39,168 bases of DNA from Bdellovibrionia bacterium (GCA_045805065.1 JBJMMA010000182.1:1-39168); one strand, 5' to 3'. Positions 18,518 to 27,988 are shown, counted from the first letter of the stretch. Notes: generated by a model not told the origin, from the letters alone. Numbers and translations: made by a program.

Positions 18518-19788
18518 TGGACAAGATGCGAATCCGAGGCGGTAAGCCTCTTCAAGGTAAAGTACAAGTGGGCGGCTCGAAAAACGCCGCTCTTCCGATT
18601 TTGATTTCGTCGCTTCTGACGGGTGAGCGTTGCACTTATCGTCGTGTGCCGCTCCTTCAGGACATCCGCACGACACTCAAGGTACTGACGCACCTTGGAT
18701 CCAAGCAAGACGCTGAGCTTGAGAACAACGAAGTGACTCTTCAAGCAGCGGCGGGTTCTTCCGCTGGCGACCTTTTCTATGAGGCGCCTTATGATCTGGT
18801 TCGCACCATGCGCGCATCGGTTCTCGTGTTGGGACCGCTGGTTGCGCGTTTTGGTCGCGCAAAGGTGAGTCTTCCTGGAGGCTGCGCAATCGGCGCGCGC
18901 CCGATTAACTATCACCTCACTGGACTTGAAAAGCTTGGCGCTCAGATTGAGCTTGAGGGGGGCTATGTCATTGCCCGTTCCAAAAAGCTTCAAGGCGCGC
19001 GCGTGGCGTTTGAGTTTCCAAGTGTTGGTGCTACGGAAAACATTCTGATGGCCGCAGTTCTGGCAAACGGAGAGTCGGTGCTTGAGAACTGCGCACGTGA
19101 GCCAGAAATCGTTGATCTGGCTCGCGCGCTTCGCGCGATGGGGGCTCAGATTGAAGGCGAAGGATCAGAAACCATTCGCGTTCAAGGAAAGCCAGAGCTT
19201 CACGGCTGCAATTACGAGATCATGGGCGATCGTATTGAAGCAGGAACTTTCCTCTCTGCAGGCTTTGCAACGCAAGGCTCGGTTGAAGTTCTTGGACTTG
19301 CACCTGAGTATCTTGAGTCTTGCCTGGTGAAATTTGAAGACGCAGGCGCCAAGATTACTCGTGGCGATCGCTCGATCAAGATCGAATCTCGCGGACGTCC
19401 TAAAGGCACCGACATCACGACCCAGCCTTATCCCGGTTTTCCAACCGATATGCAGGCTCAGTTCATGGCGGCAATGACCGTTGCTGAGGGCGCATCCCTC
19501 ATCTCGGAAACGATTTTTGAGAATCGCTTCATGCACGTCTCTGAGCTCATGCGCTTAGGCGCTGATATCCGGATTTCCGGAAACACGGCGCTCGTTCGTG
19601 GCCAGCCAAAGTTGACAGGTGCGCCATTGATGGCAACCGATCTTCGCGCGAGCGCAAGCCTCATCATCGGCGGACTTTGCGCCGAGGGCGAGACGGTCGT
19701 CAATCGCATCTACCATCTGGATCGCGGGTACGAGCGGATGGAAGTGAAGCTTGCGCAGCTTGGCGCGGACGTTGAGCGGATCTCTTAG
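18517..19788 (+). CDS. murA: UDP-N-acetylglucosamine 1-carboxyvinyltransferase
   Basis: GSKNAALP, MRAS, PGGCAIGARP (active Cys), SVGATEN, PGFPTDMQ, DLRA. Confidence 0.98.
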   Translation: MDKMRIRGGKPLQGKVQVGGSKNAALPILISSLLTGERCTYRRVPLLQDIRTTLKVLTHLGSKQDAELENNEVTLQAAAGSSAGDLFYEAPYDLVRTMRASVLVLGPLVARFGRAKVSLPGGCAIGARPINYHLTGLEKLGAQIELEGGYVIARSKKLQGARVAFEFPSVGATENILMAAVLANGESVLENCAREPEIVDLARALRAMGAQIEGEGSETIRVQGKPELHGCNYEIMGDRIEAGTFLSAGFATQGSVEVLGLAPEYLESCLVKFEDAGAKITRGDRSIKIESRGRPKGTDITTQPYPGFPTDMQAQFMAAMTVAEGASLISETIFENRFMHVSELMRLGADIRISGNTALVRGQPKLTGAPLMATDLRASASLIIGGLCAEGETVVNRIYHLDRGYERMEVKLAQLGADVERIS

Positions 19789-19808
19789 TTCATGTAAATG
19801 AGCTGAAT

Positions 19809-20363
19809 CTACTTCGCCTGTTTATTAGCGGAAGCCGGAGAAGTGAGATTAGCGGCGGAAGCCGGAGTCGAAGCTGGAATTGTAGCAGAAGCAGACTCTT
19901 TCAATTTGGCCGCTTCTTTATTCATCGACTCAAAAGCGAGGCCGTAGATGACCTGTTCTTGAGGTGAGTTGCTGAGCTTGTTCAGTTGCCGACCCGCGCG
20001 TGTTTTGTAGAAGTTCTTGATCTCGATCAACTCTTCTCGGGAGAGCGACTGAATGAGAAACTGTCGCATCCGTGCTTTCATCTCTTTGCGGAGGTTTTCT
20101 TCGTTTTCATCAAGCACCGCAAGAATCCGCGCCTTTTGAGTTACATCGAGTTTTTTCGCGTAATTCTGGTAATACGCACGGACTCCCTCGATCGTTCTAT
20201 CGATGGTTGGCCCGAATTGAGAGTCTGAGACGATTTCGTCCGCAATTTCATCCAAAGGACGGTGCATATCTGCTGAGAGCCAGACCGGGCTGATGAACTT
20301 GGACAAGTAGATGCCGCCGCCTAAGGCGAGGAGCAAGCTGAGCACGAAGAGAATTGCGCGCAT
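19809..20363 (-). CDS. Membrane-anchored/exported protein, DUF2059-like
   Basis: N-terminal hydrophobic helix; SREELIEIKNFYKTRAG pattern; low-complexity Ala/Ser/Pro tail. Confidence 0.6.
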   Translation of the reverse strand: MRAILFVLSLLLALGGGIYLSKFISPVWLSADMHRPLDEIADEIVSDSQFGPTIDRTIEGVRAYYQNYAKKLDVTQKARILAVLDENEENLRKEMKARMRQFLIQSLSREELIEIKNFYKTRAGRQLNKLSNSPQEQVIYGLAFESMNKEAAKLKESASATIPASTPASAANLTSPASANKQAK

Positions 20364-20396
20364 GGATTGATTTCCTGATTACCAGTATTCATCAAG

Positions 20397-20792
20397 TCAG
20401 GCTTTGATGTCCAAAATAATGCCTTTTCGAGCCTTTCGTTTATCACTCTCTCTGCGCATCCGGGCGTAGAGACGCTTTCCGATTCCCAGGAGAAGTTTTC
20501 GGCTATCGCTCAATGAGATGAGTAGACCCAAAAGCGGAAGCCCCGGACTCAAATGAGCAGGTCGAACTTGAATGCTGTTTTCAGGTCGAAGCGGGATCAC
20601 GTTGTCCGGCAAAGGCGACTCTGAATCCGCCGGTTGCTCTCCGGATTCTTTGTGAGGGTCTTTATTGGACTCCGCGTCTTCATTACGACGCTGAGGAGTA
20701 AATCGCTCAAAGAGTTGAGGACGATTGTTCTGCGCGTTAGACGTAATTGGTTTAATGAATTGTGCGATTGCGTCGCTGATTTTTGGAAGCAA
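20397..20792 (-). CDS. Hypothetical protein
   Basis: 131-aa ORF filling an otherwise empty interval; ends KGIILDIKA. Confidence 0.65.
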   Translation of the reverse strand: MLPKISDAIAQFIKPITSNAQNNRPQLFERFTPQRRNEDAESNKDPHKESGEQPADSESPLPDNVIPLRPENSIQVRPAHLSPGLPLLGLLISLSDSRKLLLGIGKRLYARMRRESDKRKARKGIILDIKA

Positions 20793-20905
20793 ATGCGCCT
20801 GACTTTCTGCCCCGTATCAATCCCTTAAAACTGCCAAAGGGGACCGAGAAATTTCATTCACTCTAAGACGAATAGGGTGCGTAGTAGAATTCTCGCGTCA
20901 ATAAC

Positions 20906-20933
20906 TTGTCGGAATTTTTTACTAAAAACTTGA
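20906..20933 (-). promoter_or_regulatory. Candidate sigma28 (FliA) promoter
   Basis: Minus strand TCAAG-N15-TCCGACAA versus consensus TAAA(G)...GCCGATAA. Confidence 0.45.
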
Positions 20934-21023
20934 GTCGACGCTTAATTGACTCAAAAAATCAAGTATTTGGCTTTTTCTTTGACCATTTTAGGTGGTCGAT
21001 GCTAAACCTTGGTTTTACAAGGC

Positions 21024-21188
21024 GTTCATTCTATGGCTCACCTCACGGTGAGTTCAGTTATGTGATGTTGTAAGCGGATCTGTTTCGTTTTGACTCACAG
21101 AGGAATGAACATTGGCTAGCCATTGGCCAGATTGTTGCCTGCGTACTTTAGTACGCGGATAAGAATTTGCCCAACATCAGAGTGAGCC
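21024..21188 (+). ncRNA. Candidate structured RNA / 5' leader upstream of spt
   Basis: Nested complementary pairs GGCTCAC/GTGAGCC, TGATGTTG/CAACATCA, GCGGAT/ATTTGC enclosing internal hairpins. Family not recognised. Confidence 0.4.
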
Positions 21189-21236
21189 GAGAGCGTCCGC
21201 AAAAGCTGATTTAAGAAATTAAAAGGATTAAAACTC

Positions 21237-22493
21237 ATGCAAGACATTTTTGAGAAGTGCGCCACCTATGAAGATGCAAAACGAGTTCAAGCTGCTGGCG
21301 TCTATCCTTACTTTCGACCGATCGAAGCAACCATTGGCTCCTCTGTTGTAACGCATGGCAAACGCCGCGTGATGATCGGTTCAAACAACTATCTCGGCCT
21401 GACCCATGATCCACGAGTTCTCGCAGCCGCTAAAAAGGCGATTGATGAATTCGGAACGGGTTGCACCGGCTCCCGTTTCCTCAACGGAAATCTGGCTCTT
21501 CATGAACAGCTCGAAGCTGAGCTCTGCAAATTTCTCGGAAAGGAAGCCTGCCTTGTTTTCGCAACGGGATTCCTCTCCAATCAAGGCGCTCTCTCAAGCC
21601 TTGTTGGCCGTAGCGACGTGATCTACAGCGATCGCGAAAACCACGCTTCGATCATCGAAGGCCAGCGCCTGGCGGTGGGCGATACGATCAAGTTCCGCCA
21701 CAACGACATGGCTGACCTTGAGCGCGTTCTTCAAATGACCCGCTCCAAGTACGAAGGTGCTCTGATCGTTGCTGACGGCGTATTCTCGATGTCGGGCGAT
21801 ATCTTCAATCTTCCTGAAGCTTCCGCTTTGGCTAAGAAGTACAACTGCCGCCTTTACATCGACGATGCCCACGCCTTGGGCGTCTTGGGCTCCATGGGCC
21901 AAGGCACCGCTCATCACTTCAACATGCCAGACGCTGCTGACGTCGTCATGGGCACCTTCTCGAAGTCTTTTGCTTCGATCGGTGGCGTGATCGCAGGCTC
22001 TGCGGACGTCATTCACTACATCAAGCATAAGGCTCGTCCATTTATCTTCAGTGCAGCCATGCCGCCTTCTGCTGCGGCAACCGTTCTTGAGTGCTTGCGC
22101 ATCGTTCAATCAGAGCCTCAACATCTTGAGAACCTCTGGAAGAACGCTCGCAAGATGAACTCCGAGCTTGCTCGTATGGGTTACAACACGCTCAACAGCC
22201 GCACTCCGATCGTTCCTGTCCTGATCGGTGACGACTTCAACGCATTTGCCTTTGCTCAACGCTTGTATGAGCGCGGAGTATTTGCAACTCCGGTTGTTCG
22301 TCCAGCAGTCCCAGAAGGCTGCGCATTGATCCGCACCAGCTACATGGCATCGCACACGGATCAGGAGCTCGATTACGCACTCGAAGTCATGCATGACCTT
22401 GGACGCGAATTTGGCATCCTCGGAAACAGCGGTCGCCAACAAGAGCTTGCAGCCCTGGCTCAAGCTCACTTCGGAGTTCAGGCAACAGCCTAA
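21237..22493 (+). CDS. spt: Serine palmitoyltransferase (PLP-dependent alpha-oxoamine synthase)
   Basis: N-terminal GVYPYFRPI typical of bacterial SPTs, GSNNYLGL, GTGCTGSRFLNG, NHASI, DDAH, GTFSKS (PLP Lys). Adjacent to a ceramide-synthase-like gene. Confidence 0.85.
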   Translation: MQDIFEKCATYEDAKRVQAAGVYPYFRPIEATIGSSVVTHGKRRVMIGSNNYLGLTHDPRVLAAAKKAIDEFGTGCTGSRFLNGNLALHEQLEAELCKFLGKEACLVFATGFLSNQGALSSLVGRSDVIYSDRENHASIIEGQRLAVGDTIKFRHNDMADLERVLQMTRSKYEGALIVADGVFSMSGDIFNLPEASALAKKYNCRLYIDDAHALGVLGSMGQGTAHHFNMPDAADVVMGTFSKSFASIGGVIAGSADVIHYIKHKARPFIFSAAMPPSAAATVLECLRIVQSEPQHLENLWKNARKMNSELARMGYNTLNSRTPIVPVLIGDDFNAFAFAQRLYERGVFATPVVRPAVPEGCALIRTSYMASHTDQELDYALEVMHDLGREFGILGNSGRQQELAALAQAHFGVQATA

Positions 22494-22516
22494 GCTCCTA
22501 GCACTCGGAACCTGTA

Positions 22517-23653
22517 ATGTTCGAAATCAAAGAAGTCGTTAGTAAGTCGGACTGGAACGATTTTATCGATCTGCCCTGGACGATTTACGAAGGGGACGCC
22601 AAATGGGTGCCTCCTTTGAAGATTGCTGTCCGCGATCTGCTCGATGTGAACAAGAACCCGTTCTTCAAGCACGCTTACATGCGCGCCTGGAACGCTTACA
22701 AAGACGGTAAGTGCGTGGGTCGCATCCTGGGCGTGGTGGATGACAATCATAACAAGTATCACGACGAGAAGACGGCGTTCTTTGGTTTCTTTGAGGCCAT
22801 CAACGATCAAAAGCTTGCTAACGCTCTTTTGGATGTGGCTGCAGAGTGGGCTCGCTCCAAGGGAATGACGATCATTCGCGGCCCGATGAACCCAAGCACT
22901 AACCATGAGTGCGGACTGCTGGTTGAAGGCTTTGATGACACGCCTTACGTCATGATGACCTATAACCCGCCTTACTACGCCAAGCTTTTGGAAGGCTGGG
23001 GACTGAGTAAAGCGAAGGATCTTTTCGCTTATAAGATCGACTCTAAAAACAACTTCTCTGAAAGACTGCTGGCTCAGGCCGAACGGCTCAAGCGTCGTGG
23101 CAACGTCACTTTTCGTCCTGTGAACATGAAGGACTTCGATGGAGAGGTCGAGAGAATCCTCGAAATCTACAACGATGCCTGGGAAAAGAACTGGGGCTTT
23201 GTTCCGATGGATCGCGAAGAGTTCCGTCACATGGCCAAAGATCTGAAGCTGGTTCTTGATCCTGAACTTCTTTTGATTGCCGAAGTCAAAGGCGAGGCTG
23301 CGGGATTTGCGTTAGCTCTTCCGGACGCCAATCTGGCCATCGCTAAGGTTACCAGCGGCGAGCTCCTTCCAACGGGCATCTTAAAGCTGCTCTGGCATCT
23401 CAAGGGCCCGGCACGCAAAAAGACGATCAATCGTTGTCGCATCATCACGCTGGGAATCAAGAAGGCTTACCAGCAATATGGAATCGGCCCATTGTTCTAC
23501 AGTGAATACTTCACCAAGGGTCCAAAGCTCGGCTATAAATTTGGTGAGGCGTCCTGGATTCTTGAGGATAACGTTCAAATGAACCGTGCCCTCGAGCATA
23601 TGTGCGGCGAGCGGAACAAGGTTTACCGGATTTACGATCGCGCTCTGGCGTAA
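22517..23653 (+). CDS. GNAT-fold acyltransferase, bacterial ceramide synthase (bCerS/YghO-like) family
   Basis: WVPPL, NPFF, GRI, FFGFFEAIND, RGPMNPSTNHECGLLVEGF, YNPPYY, NDAWEKNWGF, SWILEDN. Starts 23 bp after spt. Confidence 0.8.
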   Translation: MFEIKEVVSKSDWNDFIDLPWTIYEGDAKWVPPLKIAVRDLLDVNKNPFFKHAYMRAWNAYKDGKCVGRILGVVDDNHNKYHDEKTAFFGFFEAINDQKLANALLDVAAEWARSKGMTIIRGPMNPSTNHECGLLVEGFDDTPYVMMTYNPPYYAKLLEGWGLSKAKDLFAYKIDSKNNFSERLLAQAERLKRRGNVTFRPVNMKDFDGEVERILEIYNDAWEKNWGFVPMDREEFRHMAKDLKLVLDPELLLIAEVKGEAAGFALALPDANLAIAKVTSGELLPTGILKLLWHLKGPARKKTINRCRIITLGIKKAYQQYGIGPLFYSEYFTKGPKLGYKFGEASWILEDNVQMNRALEHMCGERNKVYRIYDRALA

Positions 23654-23680
23654 CGCTTTCGGTTTCGTTACACTCGATTC

Positions 23681-24337
23681 ATGCGGATTCTCGGGATTGA
23701 TCCCGGCTCAAGACTGACTGGCTATGGGTGCGTGGATTGGATCAATCACGAGCTTAAGGTCGTCAAGCACGGTACGCTTAAGCTCGCGAATACGAGTGGA
23801 AAAGCCACGATCCCTCTCGAGGTCAGACTTCTCTCGATCTACCATGGGCTCTCGGATGTGATTCAAGAGGTCCGCCCGGACATCATGGTCGTTGAGAAGG
23901 TCTTCTTCGCGAAGAATGCTGTCTCAGCCCTGAAGCTTGGACAAGCTCGGGGAGCAGCCATTCTAACGGGGATGATTCACGCGCTTGAAATTTTTGAGTA
24001 CAGCCCGACCGAGGTGAAGCAAGCAGTCGTTGGCCAAGGTCATGCTGACAAAGATCAAGTGGCCAAAATGGTTCAGCTTTTAGTCGGCAAACAAGATTTC
24101 GACACTCCTGACGCATCAGACGGCCTGGCCCTCGCCATTTGTCATGCGCACTTTATCAGGCAGTCCAATATTACGGCGGCAGCCCATAAGACCCCTGCTG
24201 CACGAGCGTACGCCGAGGCCTTGCAGTCGGCATCTGGAAAGCGTAAGAAAAAAGGATCATCCTTGGCCGACGCGTTGGGATTGAGCTCTGAATCGGTAGC
24301 GGGACGCCGCCGAGTGAGTTTTGATAAACTTCGATAG
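23681..24337 (+). CDS. ruvC: Holliday junction resolvase RuvC with basic C-terminal extension
   Basis: ILGIDPGS, VEKVFF, LGQARG, VKQAVVG, DASDGLA. Confidence 0.96.
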   Translation: MRILGIDPGSRLTGYGCVDWINHELKVVKHGTLKLANTSGKATIPLEVRLLSIYHGLSDVIQEVRPDIMVVEKVFFAKNAVSALKLGQARGAAILTGMIHALEIFEYSPTEVKQAVVGQGHADKDQVAKMVQLLVGKQDFDTPDASDGLALAICHAHFIRQSNITAAAHKTPAARAYAEALQSASGKRKKKGSSLADALGLSSESVAGRRRVSFDKLR

Positions 24338-24383
24338 TCCTGGGTTATAGGTTATTGGGTGCAAATCCCACGGGGGCAATAGA

Positions 24384-25043
24384 ATGATCGGATATCTGCG
24401 CGGCGAAGTGATGGAGCATTCAGACGGCAAGGTGCTGATGCTGGTGAACGGCGTAGGCTACTCGGTGAGCGTTCCGACAAGCGCCTCATATCTTTCTGTG
24501 CTGCCTGGTCAATCGACTGAACTCTATATTCACACCCATGTGCGTGAGGACGCTTTGGATCTTTTTGGATTCACGAGTCGCATGGAAAAAGAAATCTTCC
24601 TCACGCTTCTGACGGTCAATGGCGTGGGACCAAAATCCGCGATGGGCATCCTTTCGCGCGTGAATCCCGATGATTTGATTCGCGCTGTGGTTGAATCTGA
24701 TGCGGATTCACTCACCAAGATCCCAGGAGTAGGTAAAAAGACAGCAGAACGCGTCGTTCTTGAATTGGGCGATAAGCTCAGAAAGAAGCTTGAAGCCGGC
24801 GATTTCGCGGGCAGCAAAGCCAAGCTCACTTCGCCGTCTTTGAAAGGCTCTTCTGGCGCATTGTTTGCGGGAGTAGAGAATTCGAAAAAGGCTGTCTACA
24901 ACGATGCAAAGGAAGCATTGATCGGACTTGGCTATCGCGAGCAGGACGTTGCAGCCCTGCTTCAGCGCGTGCTTTCTGAGTCCGAGAGTCCGCCTCAGCA
25001 TGCAGAAGAGCTTGTGAAAACGGCCCTTCGCCAGTTGATTTAA
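24384..25043 (+). CDS. ruvA: Holliday junction branch migration protein RuvA
   Basis: MIGYLRG, GVGY, HVRED, VNGVGPK, IPGVGKKTAER, ALIGLGY. Confidence 0.97.
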   Translation: MIGYLRGEVMEHSDGKVLMLVNGVGYSVSVPTSASYLSVLPGQSTELYIHTHVREDALDLFGFTSRMEKEIFLTLLTVNGVGPKSAMGILSRVNPDDLIRAVVESDADSLTKIPGVGKKTAERVVLELGDKLRKKLEAGDFAGSKAKLTSPSLKGSSGALFAGVENSKKAVYNDAKEALIGLGYREQDVAALLQRVLSESESPPQHAEELVKTALRQLI

Positions 25044-25061
25044 TTTTTTTGAGGAATCCTT

Positions 25062-26108
25062 ATGGAAGAACGTCTCGTCAGTCCAAAGCTTGCTGAAACG
25101 GATGGACACACCAGCGAAGCCAGCGCTGAAAAGTCGCTCAGGCCTTCATTTCTGGGTGAGTACATCGGTCAGCAGCGCGTAAAGGAGAATCTCTCTCTTT
25201 TCATGGAGGCTGCTCGCCAGCGCGGTGATTCGCTTGATCACGTTCTTTTGTCAGGCCCTCCAGGCCTTGGTAAGACGACCCTCGCTCACATCATCGCTCA
25301 CGAGATGGGAAGCAATGTTCACACGGTGACCGGCCCGAACGTTGAGAAAAAGGGCGATTTGGCTGCGATTTTAACCAATCTCCAGCCCCGCGACGTTCTT
25401 TTCATCGATGAGATTCATCGCCTTCAAAAGACAATCGAAGAAGTTCTCTATGGCGCGATGGAAGATTACAAGCTCGACCTGATCATTGGTCAGGGGCCTG
25501 CAGCAAGGACTTTGAGAATTGATCTTCCGAAGTTCACGCTCGTGGGAGCAACGACTCGCTCGGGTCTTCTTTCAAGCCCGCTTCGCGATCGCTTCGGTGT
25601 TCAGCTTCGATTGGATTTCTATCCAACGGAAGAACTTGAAAAGATCATTCGCCGATCCGCAAAGCTCCTCAATATTCCGATCGATGACTCGGGCTGCAAC
25701 GAGATCGCCAAGCGCTCCCGTGGAACGCCTCGTATCGTGAACCGCCTTTTGAAGCGCGTTCGCGACTTTGCTCAAGTTGAAGCCGGTAAAAAAGGCATCG
25801 AAGCCAAGATCAACCGCGACGTGGCTCGCGCAGCTTTGAAGCTTTTTGAAGTGGATGATCGCGGCCTGGATTTGATGGACCGCAGGTATCTGCTGACCAT
25901 GATTGAAAAGTTTGATGGTGGCCCGGTAGGCATTGAGACCCTCTCTGCTGCCTTAGGTGAAGAACGCGACACGATCGAGGACGTCTATGAGCCTTATATG
26001 CTTCAGGAAGGCTTCCTTCAGAGGACTCCACGAGGCCGTATGGCAACCCGGACTGCCTTTGAGCACCTGGGTTTGAGCTGGGAAGGTAAGTCTGTCGCTC
26101 TCGAGTAA
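25062..26108 (+). CDS. ruvB: Holliday junction branch migration helicase RuvB
   Basis: [39 protein letters not shown]. Confidence 0.99.
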   Translation: MEERLVSPKLAETDGHTSEASAEKSLRPSFLGEYIGQQRVKENLSLFMEAARQRGDSLDHVLLSGPPGLGKTTLAHIIAHEMGSNVHTVTGPNVEKKGDLAAILTNLQPRDVLFIDEIHRLQKTIEEVLYGAMEDYKLDLIIGQGPAARTLRIDLPKFTLVGATTRSGLLSSPLRDRFGVQLRLDFYPTEELEKIIRRSAKLLNIPIDDSGCNEIAKRSRGTPRIVNRLLKRVRDFAQVEAGKKGIEAKINRDVARAALKLFEVDDRGLDLMDRRYLLTMIEKFDGGPVGIETLSAALGEERDTIEDVYEPYMLQEGFLQRTPRGRMATRTAFEHLGLSWEGKSVALE

Positions 26109-26178
26109 GCTGATGAACAAGCACACTGAGCTTATGCTTGAGGTGTGTCTCTTTTCCCACACAGTGCCCTCAACTGAT

Positions 26179-26194
26179 TGTGGTTAAAATCACA
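26179..26194. promoter_or_regulatory. Palindromic transcription-factor site upstream of lpxC
   Basis: TGTGG-TTAAAA-TCACA, with a related TGTG-TTTTT-CACA at 26215-26227. Confidence 0.4.
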
Positions 26195-26355
26195 CAGAAA
26201 CAGCTAATATCGCGTGTGTTTTTCACAGATCTCTATACTTGACTAAATGAGTTAGGTTTGTTAAAAATCAGCAAATTTTAGTTAATCCAATGACTTGGAT
26301 CAGGCTAAGATAGGTGCGAGTATTAATTCGCGTGATGTTTCAAAACTTTACACAT

Positions 26356-26372
26356 TGGGCATAAGCCTTGCT
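26356..26372 (+). promoter_or_regulatory. Candidate sigma54 (-24/-12) promoter for lpxC
   Basis: TGGGCATAAGCCTTGCT: GG-N10-GC spacing with GGCA and TTGCT cores. Confidence 0.6.
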
Positions 26373-26438
26373 GTTATAGGCGTTTGATCAAACACGATAA
26401 CGGTGAAGTTCGAAACAGCGAAAGCTACAAAGGCGATC

Positions 26439-27365
26439 ATGAATCAGCAGAAGAAGTATCAACAAACGTTAAACACCGCAGTCACCTTAACCGGAATTGG
26501 TCTTCACTCCGGAAAGTCCGCTCAAATCACCCTTCGCCCAGCACGTGCCGGACACGGCATCGTGTTTGTCAGAACGGATCTTGAAGGCGCACCTCAGATC
26601 CCAGCACTTTTCAAAAACGTCGTCAGCACTCAGCTCGCAACCACCTTGGGTCGCGGCAAGGCCACGATCAGCACCGTTGAGCATGTGCTTGCAGCACTTC
26701 AGGGCTTGGGAATCGACAACGTCCTGATCGAAGTCAACGGCCCAGAAGTTCCAATTCTTGACGGAAGCTCCGCTCCTTTTTGTGAAGCGATTTCCGAAGT
26801 CGGCATCGAAACTCAATCCACCTTCCGCCCTGTTCTCGTTCTTCGCCGTAAGGTTGAAGTGAAGGTCGGCGAGAAGTGGGCAGTTGCTGAACCATCGGCA
26901 CGCCTTGAAGTCCATGGTTCCATCGAATGGGATCATCCGATGATCGGCTTCCAGGAATTCCACTACATTGACGGCAAGACCTCTTTTGAAGAAATCTCGG
27001 CAGCGCGCACGTTCTGCATGCTTCGCGACGTTGAGATGATGAAGAAGATGGGTCTCGCACTCGGCGGCTCACTCGACAACGCGGTCGTTCTGGACAACAC
27101 TTCGGTTTTGAACCCAGGTGGTTTCCGTTACGCTGACGAAATGGTTCGCCACAAAGTTCTCGACGCGCTGGGAGATTTCAAGCTTGCTGGCGTTTCGATC
27201 CAGGCTTACGTCCGCATGCATCGCGCAGGTCACGAGCTTCATAATCAGCTTGTGGCGGCGATCTTCGCAAATCCAGACAACTACGAGATCATCGAAAGCC
27301 CGGAGCAAGAGATCCGCATTCCGCAGATTGCCGCTCTGGCTCACAGCTTGATCGCAGTGTCTTAA
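26439..27365 (+). CDS. lpxC: UDP-3-O-acyl-N-acetylglucosamine deacetylase
   Basis: GIGLHSG, STVEH, EVPILDGS, ARTF, LGGSLDNA, HKVLDALGD, AGH. Start is 26439 or GTG 26403. Confidence 0.97.
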   Translation: MNQQKKYQQTLNTAVTLTGIGLHSGKSAQITLRPARAGHGIVFVRTDLEGAPQIPALFKNVVSTQLATTLGRGKATISTVEHVLAALQGLGIDNVLIEVNGPEVPILDGSSAPFCEAISEVGIETQSTFRPVLVLRRKVEVKVGEKWAVAEPSARLEVHGSIEWDHPMIGFQEFHYIDGKTSFEEISAARTFCMLRDVEMMKKMGLALGGSLDNAVVLDNTSVLNPGGFRYADEMVRHKVLDALGDFKLAGVSIQAYVRMHRAGHELHNQLVAAIFANPDNYEIIESPEQEIRIPQIAALAHSLIAVS

Positions 27366-27429
27366 GCCAGCAATTTTTCCGGTCACCCGTTGTAAATGCG
27401 GGAAGATTTCGGTACTGATTAAAGTGTGT

Positions 27430-27507
27430 CGGGGCGTAGCGCAGCCTGGCTAGCGCACTTGCATGGGGTGCAAGGGGTCGCTGGTTCGAATCCAGTCGCC
27501 CCGACCA
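27430..27507 (+). tRNA. tRNA-Pro(GGG)
   Basis: CGGGGCG acceptor stem, anticodon arm CTTGC-ATGGGGT-GCAAG, T-arm GGTTCGAATCC, encoded CCA end. Confidence 0.97.
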
Positions 27508-27652
27508 TTTTTTTTCTGCCCATTTCCTCGAAGTTTTCAAAAACCTTCATTCGGTCAGAATAGCATCGACTTCGATTTTAATTTTGCCTGGGATGATATC
27601 GGTATCCGAATCAAAGGCGTTACCTTGTTTCAGAACTGAGCAAATCGGGAAC

Positions 27653-27907
27653 TTAATAGCAAACGGAGGACATGTCGTCACTGACCATGACCGAACCCCC
27701 CATGGCAGCACAGCCGGCATCGAACGCAATAATAGCACCTGAACCCGCGCTGCAGGAAGTGCAACCACCCGTGAATGCTCCACCGACCATGCATCCTCTG
27801 AACGGGCCGCCATCAGCAAGGCAGGCTGTGACTTCTCCGTCGTAAATCAACGCGGATAAGACGAGACCTAATGTGATAGACGAGGCGATTAGAGTTTGTT
27901 TAAACAT
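27653..27907 (-). CDS. Small secreted six-cysteine protein (paralog 1)
   Basis: 84 aa, signal-like N-terminus, six Cys that align with 27989..28237; own promoter. Confidence 0.85.
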   Translation of the reverse strand: MFKQTLIASSITLGLVLSALIYDGEVTACLADGGPFRGCMVGGAFTGGCTSCSAGSGAIIAFDAGCAAMGGSVMVSDDMSSVCY

Positions 27908-27919
27908 AATCTAAATACA

Positions 27920-27948
27920 ATAATAACTGACTTGGCTTGACGCATCAA
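27920..27948 (-). promoter_or_regulatory. sigma70-type promoter, near-leaderless
   Basis: TTGATG-N17-TATTAT ending 12 nt before the ATG; no Shine-Dalgarno. Confidence 0.6.
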
Positions 27949-27988
27949 AAAATCGGTTTAGGGAGTGCTGACAGCTCCTAAGTGCGAA

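Noticed and set aside
21237..22493. Alternative call as BioF or Kbl
   Set aside because: The YPYFRPI N-terminus and the adjacent bCerS-like gene favour Spt; no bio or tdh genes nearby.
22490..23230. 246-aa antisense ORF
   Set aside because: Shadow of the ceramide-synthase-like gene.
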